This document shows, one piece after another, positions 60,960 through 64,000 of a stretch of DNA of 64,000 bases (the stretch's first letter is position 1; each line of letters starts with the position of its first letter). Origin of the DNA: Octopus sinensis (Eukaryota); assembly GCF_006345805.1 (NCBI RefSeq), contig NC_043014.1, positions 248,001-312,000 on the forward strand, read 5' to 3'. The notes under the pieces were generated by a model. The model saw only the letters and a list, made by a program, of their open reading frames with translations. It searched no databases and was not told the DNA's origin. The position numbers were made by a program, and so were the translations under genes.

Positions 60960-62151
60960 TATTATCATGGTTCAACATCCAGTTCTCCATACTTGCATGG
61001 GCCAGACAGAATTTGTTGAGACAGAATTTCTACAAATGGATGTTCTTCCTGTCACTAACCCTCAACTGTCTCTAAGTAAGGTAACATTTTGTAAAGGCCA
61101 GACATGATTTAACTGAAGACTGGAAACAAAGAACACCACTGGATGACAGTAACATTCATTTCACACCTGATAAGCTTTTTTTCAGTTTCCATCAATCGAA
61201 TCCACTCACAGGACCTTTGTCAGCCTGGGGCTTGAGTAGAAGATTCTTGCCCAAGGTGTCCTGCATTGGAACTGAACCAGACACTATGTGGTCGAGAAAC
61301 AAACTACTTCACTATACAGCCATGCCTGTGTCTATAAACAAAAACCTTAAACAAGTTACTCTATTTATAATTCCACTCTGTATTTAGTCATACAAATGCT
61401 ACTTTTGCTTCTCCACACAGAGTTAGACTGTTGCCCTGAAGAGTTCTAATAAAACAGGAATATGTCCAGAGTTATCACTACACTGCCAAACACCAGGCTC
61501 AGTCCTTACTATACTTCATATTAATTTCAATTAAAATTGTGGGGTTATCTCCTCTCGTCCAAATTTCCTACTAAGAATGTTGTTTTAATTAAAATCCCTT
61601 GACTTAAATACATCCACAATGCTCTTGTCCAATTTACATCTCTAAGCATCCATGTCATGACCACCACTTCTGACCAGTCATTCTATGAGTAAATTACACC
61701 AAATTCCTGTCCTTCCCATCCTCTGCACCACTTCTCTTCATTACACATGTTGTCTCCAGTCTACTTTGGACCCTATCTACTCTCTCATCTCTCACACTGA
61801 CTACTAAACATTTCTTTTGAAATTCTCTTCTTTCCTGAGTCTAAATATGATCTTTTCACACAAAGGTTTACAAACATAAATATGATGAGTGATTTGAACT
61901 CACAACCTTTAATTCTCCAGATTTCACCATAACAATAACCAAAATATTTTACCCTACCTCGGCTTCTGGGCTTGCAAAATGCTTTCATCCACCGTTTCCT
62001 TGAGTAGAAGATTGAAATCTTCTCGAAAATCAAAATTTCGAGATATATTTCCCCGTTGAAGGTCATCTTTATATTTATTCCGAAACTCCACTTGGATGGC
62101 AGTCAGAAACTTGTCGACATAGGACAGTTGTAATATCTTTTGATACGCTAC
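32308..62151 (-). CDS. SRPRA: Signal recognition particle receptor subunit alpha, 5'-partial spliced gene; exons in transcript order 62151-61958, 46215-46109, 44936-44774, 43542-43377, 42818-42712, 41352-41186, 40037-39951, 38274-38102, 37821-37608, 34602-34517, 33767-33591, 32436-32308
   Basis: 589 aa assembled with all phases consistent. SRX/longin part ([16 protein letters not shown]), charged linker, and NG GTPase domain with G1 [27 protein letters not shown]3 DTAGR, G4 TKFD and C-terminal [27 protein letters not shown]. Confidence 0.97.
32712..33140 (+). mobile_element. SINE family 1 copy with internal duplication
   Basis: agaagaccc(g/a)tcaagccaag occurs twice (about 32722 and 32923), followed by the family 3' part. 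Confidence 0.7.
33591..33767 (-). CDS. SRPRA: SRPRA exon (G4 TKFD)
   Basis: cctacag|CTA ATT ... AAG|gttggt; [20 protein letters not shown]...[10 protein letters not shown]. Confidence 0.97.
34517..34602 (-). CDS. SRPRA: SRPRA exon (G3 DTAGR)
   Basis: ctttgaag|CT CGT ... AAA|gtaagt; [29 protein letters not shown] (not in the ORF track). Confidence 0.96.
35340..36345 (+). mobile_element. RTE-BovB-like LINE reverse transcriptase fragment, antisense in an SRPRA intron
   Basis: [14 protein letters not shown]...[53 protein letters not shown]...[15 protein letters not shown]. Confidence 0.85.
37608..37821 (-). CDS. SRPRA: SRPRA exon (G domain)
   Basis: tttttag|GTG GGA ... TTT G|gtaagt; [16 protein letters not shown]...EKGYGKDAA. 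Confidence 0.97.
38102..38274 (-). CDS. SRPRA: SRPRA exon (P-loop G1)
   Basis: tttaag|GT ATC ... AAG|gtaaat; [21 protein letters not shown]. Confidence 0.97.
38590..38800 (+). mobile_element. Penelope-like element GIY-YIG endonuclease remnant
   Basis: YIYIGV followed by [27 protein letters not shown], resembling the C-terminal GSKxCxLCLxE motif of Penelope ORFs. Confidence 0.55.
39951..40037 (-). CDS. SRPRA: SRPRA exon (N domain)
   Basis: ttaatccag|CA AAG AAT ... GAT A|gtaagt; [29 protein letters not shown] (not in the ORF track). Confidence 0.95.
41186..41352 (-). CDS. SRPRA: SRPRA exon (start of N domain)
   Basis: aaccaaag|T GAC ... ATT G|gtaagt; [32 protein letters not shown]. Confidence 0.93.
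41534..41672 (-). mobile_element. SINE family 1 copy, inverted
   Basis: Reverse complement reads ggtgttaggaaggacatccagccatagaaaccatgcc...cccatgccagcatgggaaatggacgttaaatgatgatg. Confidence 0.75.
42712..42818 (-). CDS. SRPRA: SRPRA exon (acidic linker)
   Basis: aacccag|AAT ATG ... AAA AG|gtaagc; [23 protein letters not shown]. Confidence 0.9.
43244..43352. repeat. 34-bp perfect tandem repeat x3.2 derived from a SINE 3' tail
   Basis: gcaaaaggtggtgctccagcatggctacaatcca x3; the related motif ggcagtg(c/t)ccagcatggcc occurs at about 29635 and 48091. Confidence 0.9.
43377..43542 (-). CDS. SRPRA: SRPRA exon (linker, RKWD...LDFS motif)
   Basis: ggtaacag|C AAG ... TTG|gtaagt; [12 protein letters not shown]...LDFS. 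Confidence 0.9.
43745..43979 (+). mobile_element. SINE family 1 copy
   Basis: tgcttgagaagac...ggttggcattaggaagagcatccagccatagaaacc...catgccagcatg...ttaaatgatgacgatgatg. Confidence 0.75.
44000..44400 (+). mobile_element. CR1/L2-type LINE 3' fragment
   Basis: [25 protein letters not shown]...VLKILEGL matches the conserved post-RT region of CR1-group LINEs. Confidence 0.7.
44774..44936 (-). CDS. SRPRA: SRPRA exon (linker)
   Basis: gttttag|TC CGT ... GTT AG|gtttgt; [18 protein letters not shown]; a second in-frame donor is possible 5 nt earlier. Confidence 0.82.
46109..46215 (-). CDS. SRPRA: SRPRA exon
   Basis: ttttgcag|A AAG ATG ... AAA G|gtagga; [20 protein letters not shown]. Confidence 0.92.
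49302..51637 (+). mobile_element. Internally deleted Helitron RepHel relic, copy 1
   Basis: N-terminus [17 protein letters not shown], then 23-aa repeats, then the Cys motif [23 protein letters not shown]..., [18 protein letters not shown]...PTFKVQGQ...PQFLQIYF typical of Helitron RepHel N-termini. It jumps directly to frameshifted helicase C-terminal remnants (NFP..RAW..., [32 protein letters not shown]). The Rep (HUH) domain and most of the helicase are absent. Confidence 0.85.
49421..50767 (+). repeat. 69-bp minisatellite, about 19.5 units (encodes [23 protein letters not shown])
   Basis: Unit gagactttcccaagatcagcaaagggatgctgcagcacatcaaagggggtctcaagagagaagcgagat, counted as 69 nt. Confidence 0.97.
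54836..58260 (+). mobile_element. Internally deleted Helitron RepHel relic, copy 2
   Basis: Same architecture as copy 1 with a longer repeat array; ORFs 54836-56392, 57543-57917, 57923-58423 (VALSRIT) and 58063-58260. Confidence 0.85.
54955..57387 (+). repeat. 69-bp minisatellite, about 35 units
   Basis: Same unit; recurrent variants ttcccc and gagaggag, plus 1-2 nt indels in homopolymers and AG runs. Confidence 0.97.
60965..61325 (-). mobile_element. SINE family 1 copy with probable tRNA-like head
   Basis: Reverse complement starts caggcatggctgtatag...ggttcagttcc (A/B-box-like) and continues with the family body; related heads at about 4775-4945 and 11570-11750. Confidence 0.6.
61958..62151 (-). 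CDS. SRPRA: SRPRA exon (SRX domain)
   Basis: cttacccag|GTA GCG TAT ... CCG AG|gtaggg; [28 protein letters not shown]...QAQKP. Confidence 0.93.
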
Positions 62152-62460
62152 CTGGGTAAGAGACAGAAAGGGACAGATGTAAACAGTGTCACAACAAAGA
62201 CATACGAGAGATGTAGGCAGTATAACAGTGTGTTGCAGTAGACATACAACAGATGTATGTAATCTGTACCTCACAAGACCTATACAACATATATAGTTAA
62301 TACCTCAAAGTAATCTCAATTTTAAGTCGTTACAAGCAGTTACCAAGTTTTTCCTGAAAAGTCAAGTTCTGTTAAAACCACACTGTTCTCTCAGCTCAGC
62401 AATTCTGCGGAAACCAAAGCTAAATCCAAGCTTTGCAGATTATTCGCATTTTAGGATTAA

Positions 62461-62545
62461 TTTAGCATTTAAACTGGCCATATCAAACTCAAATATTCTA
62501 CTTGCTTTACATTGAAACTGGCCAGGCCCAGCCTCTCAAACTTTA
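62461..62545 (-). mobile_element. Fragment of the same MITE family, reverse orientation
   Basis: tttagcatttaaactggccatatc...aaactggccag resembles the reverse complement of about 2745-2825. Confidence 0.5.
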
Positions 62546-63684
62546 GACGGAACCACTTTGGGAAATTTTGCGGAAACTGTAGGCCATAAAGAACAAAATA
62601 GAATGAATAATAAAAAACCTTCATGTGGTCACTTGACCTGCTAGAAACAACAGCCAAATATCCATCAAACCATATCTTAACATTTTAAAAATGAAAGGAC
62701 TTTGGAATTACACAGTGCTTCAAAAACACTGGTTTGTTCTATAAGAACTGTCCTGGAGCTAAATAACAACCACCACCAACTGAAAATCTAAAGAGTAGAT
62801 GATAAATACTTCAGTACAACTGAAGTACATTTGTTGGATGTCGATCAGATGGGAAGAGAGATTTGGCCAACAGCATTAGCCATGGTTGAGTGGTTGAAGA
62901 AGTTCACTGCACAAACACAAGATCTCCAAGTACAATGCTATAACACAGCACTTTGAGCAAATGTGTTTTACCTTTGCCTCAGCTCACCCCAAACCATGGG
63001 AGAGTGGAAACTGTGTGGAAGCCCACCCTATGGATGGTGTCCATTAATTCAAAGATGCAACCATGTCATACACTGTTATACTGATTCTGTCTGAGAAATA
63101 CTTAACCACAGCTCAAACAACTGAATTCTCATCATTAAAAACCAATCAAAGTATAATTAATTTGTAAAACTGACTGAAAAAACATGAAATTTTTGTTGAG
63201 ATTTTTTGTAATTTGTTGAATATTTTTATAAGGGCTCCCAAAACCCACCCGACCATACTGGATGAGATTAGGAGAAAGAGAAAGAGCTAAGTCAGAGAGA
63301 ATGGTTTGTAGATATTGCAGAATTGAAGGGAGGAACGTCAGCCTAGAAATGTTGAAAGAGAAAGAAGTATGGGAAGTTGAAGACTTACCACGAATACCAG
63401 TTCGTATTCATTGTCCAAGCGATACTTTAAGGTCAGAGATTCGTGAGTGTAGGAACTACTGCCACTTCTCTCCTGAATAACAAAAAACAGGCATTTCACA
63501 AAAATTGATAAGGACACAAAAGAAAAAGAAAACCTAATTAAACAACTGAGATGTGGTGGTCTTCATGACTATACTCTGGACTGTTAACTCATGCATTTAC
63601 AATATTTAGCTCTAAATTAAAGTTTCAACCATCGATCCTCACCAATAATGATTAGAGATCAAACCAATCGTAACGTATTGATTT

Positions 63685-63890
63685 CAAATTTTAGCACAAG
63701 GCCAGCAATTTCAAGGGAAGGGCTAAGCTCAATACATGAACTCCAACGTTCAACTGGTCCTTATTTTATCAATCTCCAAAGGATGAAAGGCAAAGTCAAA
63801 GTTGGTGGAATTTGAACTTTGAATATAAAGAGAGGACAAAATGCCACAAGACATTTTACCTGGCACACTAACAATTCTTGCCTGCCTAAT
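63685..63890 (-). mobile_element. SINE family 2 copy
   Basis: ttcaaattttagcacaaggccagcaatt...ttattttatc...ggcaaagtc...gaatttgaact, the reverse complement of the 18240-18465 motifs. Confidence 0.7.
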
Positions 63891-64000
63891 TGTAAAATAG
63901 AAAATTATTATCATTATTTATTATATTTATCTTCCACACTGGCTGGAGTTAAACGATTTGACAATATCTGATGAGCTGAACGCCTGCCTTGAGCTCCTGT

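Noticed and set aside
60965-61325. tRNA gene
   Set aside because: The A/B-box-like motifs belong to a SINE head; no complete cloverleaf is evident.
62152-64000. First SRPRA coding exon (MLDFF...-like)
   Set aside because: No matching frame found on - in this interval; it probably lies beyond the window.

Overview
AT-rich, intron-rich animal genomic DNA. The large (TA)n/(CT)n/(CA)n microsatellites and the SINE/LINE content look like a cephalopod (octopus-type) genome; this is an inference, not a database result. Two spliced genes converge. (1) On +, the 3' part of a C2CD2L/TMEM24 (C2CD2-family) ER-plasma-membrane lipid-transfer gene: 8 exons, 515-20627, including a 24-nt microexon. (2) On -, SRPRA (SRP receptor alpha): 12 exons, 62151-32308, with the first coding exon(s) beyond the window. 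I checked every junction by hand for GT-AG and reading-frame phase. Introns and the intergenic gap carry decayed RTE, CR1 and Penelope retroelements, a mariner relic, a piggyBac-type MITE, two SINE families and a ~61-bp degenerate tandem array. The most striking structure is in the 15.7-kb SRPRA intron: an A-B-A-B-A block (46331-60541). Each B is an internally deleted Helitron whose N-terminal STPR-like 23-aa repeat has expanded into a 69-bp minisatellite of about 19.5 and about 35 units. Most short ORFs in the supplied track are microsatellite or repeat artefacts.
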